Source: Octopus sinensis (lineage: Eukaryota). From it: a stretch of 64,000 bases of DNA. Under the pieces are notes generated by a model. The model searched no databases. It was not told where the DNA came from and was given only the letters and a program-made list of their open reading frames with translations. The translations under genes and the position numbers were made by a program. The stretch is from positions 49,662,001 through 49,726,000 of the forward strand of contig NC_043005.1 in NCBI RefSeq assembly GCF_006345805.1, in the 5' to 3' direction. This document shows, one piece after another, positions 1 to 64,000 of the stretch (positions are counted from its first letter, which is position 1; each line of letters starts with the position of its first letter).

Positions 1-506
1 TATCTCAAAGGATGGAGACATGATTTTTATGCCAGGAACAAGCAGAGATATCTTGCTATAAAGAAGACAGATGGTAACTCTTGCATTTATATGAATGGGT
101 GGAAATATCTGGGAATAAGGTAGTGATGAAGTGGTAAAGTAAAACCTTGAAGAAGCAAGAGATGATATGTAAGACAGTTATAAGTGTGAGGAGAGAGTGC
201 CAGATGGTTAGAGATAGGGGTAGAAAATGTTAATTGAAAGAGATTTTGCTGGTATTTCTAACAACTCAAAAAGCCACATGGAGGTTCTCTCATAGGTCCC
301 TATCTTAGTATATGTATGTGTGTGTGTATAGAGAATTAGAAGTTAATAACTTTCATCTATTAAACACCATAAAGCTAGAGCTAGGCACTAGTCCTGAAAT
401 GAAGAGTGAGCCATTCAGAATCTAAGGGAGATGAGGTATGTGTGAAGGGTGGAAGGTCGGTTTGATACATTTATAAATAGAAACAATAGCTGGAGACACT
501 ACTTAC

Positions 507-63121
<62,615 letters not shown>

Positions 63122-64000
63122 CTAGAAAACAAAGAAAAGAGATTGTATTTTTCAGTCAGCATATTTTTCAAATATCATTTTTGGGGTTTAAATTTTATTT
63201 TTTTAAATTTCTGTTCCATACTCTGCTGCACATTGATCCATGTGGACAGTTCCAGTAGAGAATCAATTTTCTCCCTGCCCATAGGAAAAGGTCATTAGTC
63301 TCTCAATAATCCTTCCACCATTTCTTGAGAGAGGATGGTGTTTGTGTGATTCCCTGTAGCTCTTCTCAGAGTACAAGATAGCTATTTATCTAGCTAGAGT
63401 AAGAGTGAGAAAGAGAAAGAAAGAGATGGAAGTGGGTAGATGGAAAAGAGAAAGAGAAAAGGAAGGGAGAGAATAAGAATTATCATCTGCAGTACATTCG
63501 TATTTTATCAAGTCCAGAATGATGAAAGACAAAATTAACAACACTCATAGGATTTGAACTCAGGGTGCAGAGAACTAGATCAAATACTGCAAAGTCATTC
63601 TATCCAATAATCTATATTTTCCATTGAATGGACTTTAATCTTTTTGAGAAATTCACTGGAAAAGAACATTCTTTTTTTCCACATTTACCTTCTCTTTCAA
63701 GTGGGACATGAGAAATCGATATGAACTTGACTAAAGAGGAAAGTGCCTATCCTCAAACCTTTCAGCCTTATTCACAATATAACCTCTTTCAACATAACTG
63801 CCTACTCAAAAGAGAACGGCAGTGATCTTCACAATGGCCAACAGCAGGATCCATCTTACACAACAACAGTGACTTGATATAATGCACCAAGTGAGCAATG
63901 CCTGGACACAGAATGAGTGTGTGCAGAATGGTTTTATTGCTCCTCATGCATTTTGGACAGGTCTGTCTGTGCTTATAGAATTTGTCTTGAACAGGTAATC

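Overview
AT-rich, repeat-saturated metazoan genomic DNA. The repeat families and composition suggest a coleoid cephalopod such as Octopus; that assignment is inference. The whole window lies inside one minus-strand gene, a cation-independent mannose-6-phosphate receptor (CI-MPR/IGF2R/MPR300). I traced 21 GT-AG exons by hand (63121 down to 507; 3206 nt = 1068 codons + 2 nt, splice phases consistent, no internal stops). They encode the end of MRH repeat 8 through repeat 15; the 5' exons, transmembrane segment and tail lie outside the window. The introns hold a near-intact CR1-clade LINE, three RTE-clade insertions, R4/Dong-like and CRE-like 3' fragments, mariner/Tc1 relics, MITEs, many SINEs, microsatellites and a 100-N gap. 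Top observations: (1) a ~1.2 kb spacer-less palindrome inserted in the (TA)n tract of a SINE, carrying two outward-facing minimal type-I hammerhead ribozyme motifs, plus one more intact and several degraded hammerheads in other introns, all apparently Penelope-like (PLE)-derived; (2) a G_GGA_AAC -1 frameshift heptamer directly before the CR1 ORF1 stop, leading into an AUG-less ORF2; (3) repeat 11, the IGF2-binding domain in mammals, here carries a complete Q/H/R/E/Y mannose-6-phosphate signature, and repeat 13 lacks the FnII insert with a phase-1 intron at that site. Alignments to human IGF2R were made by eye against recalled sequence; no searches or folding programs were run.
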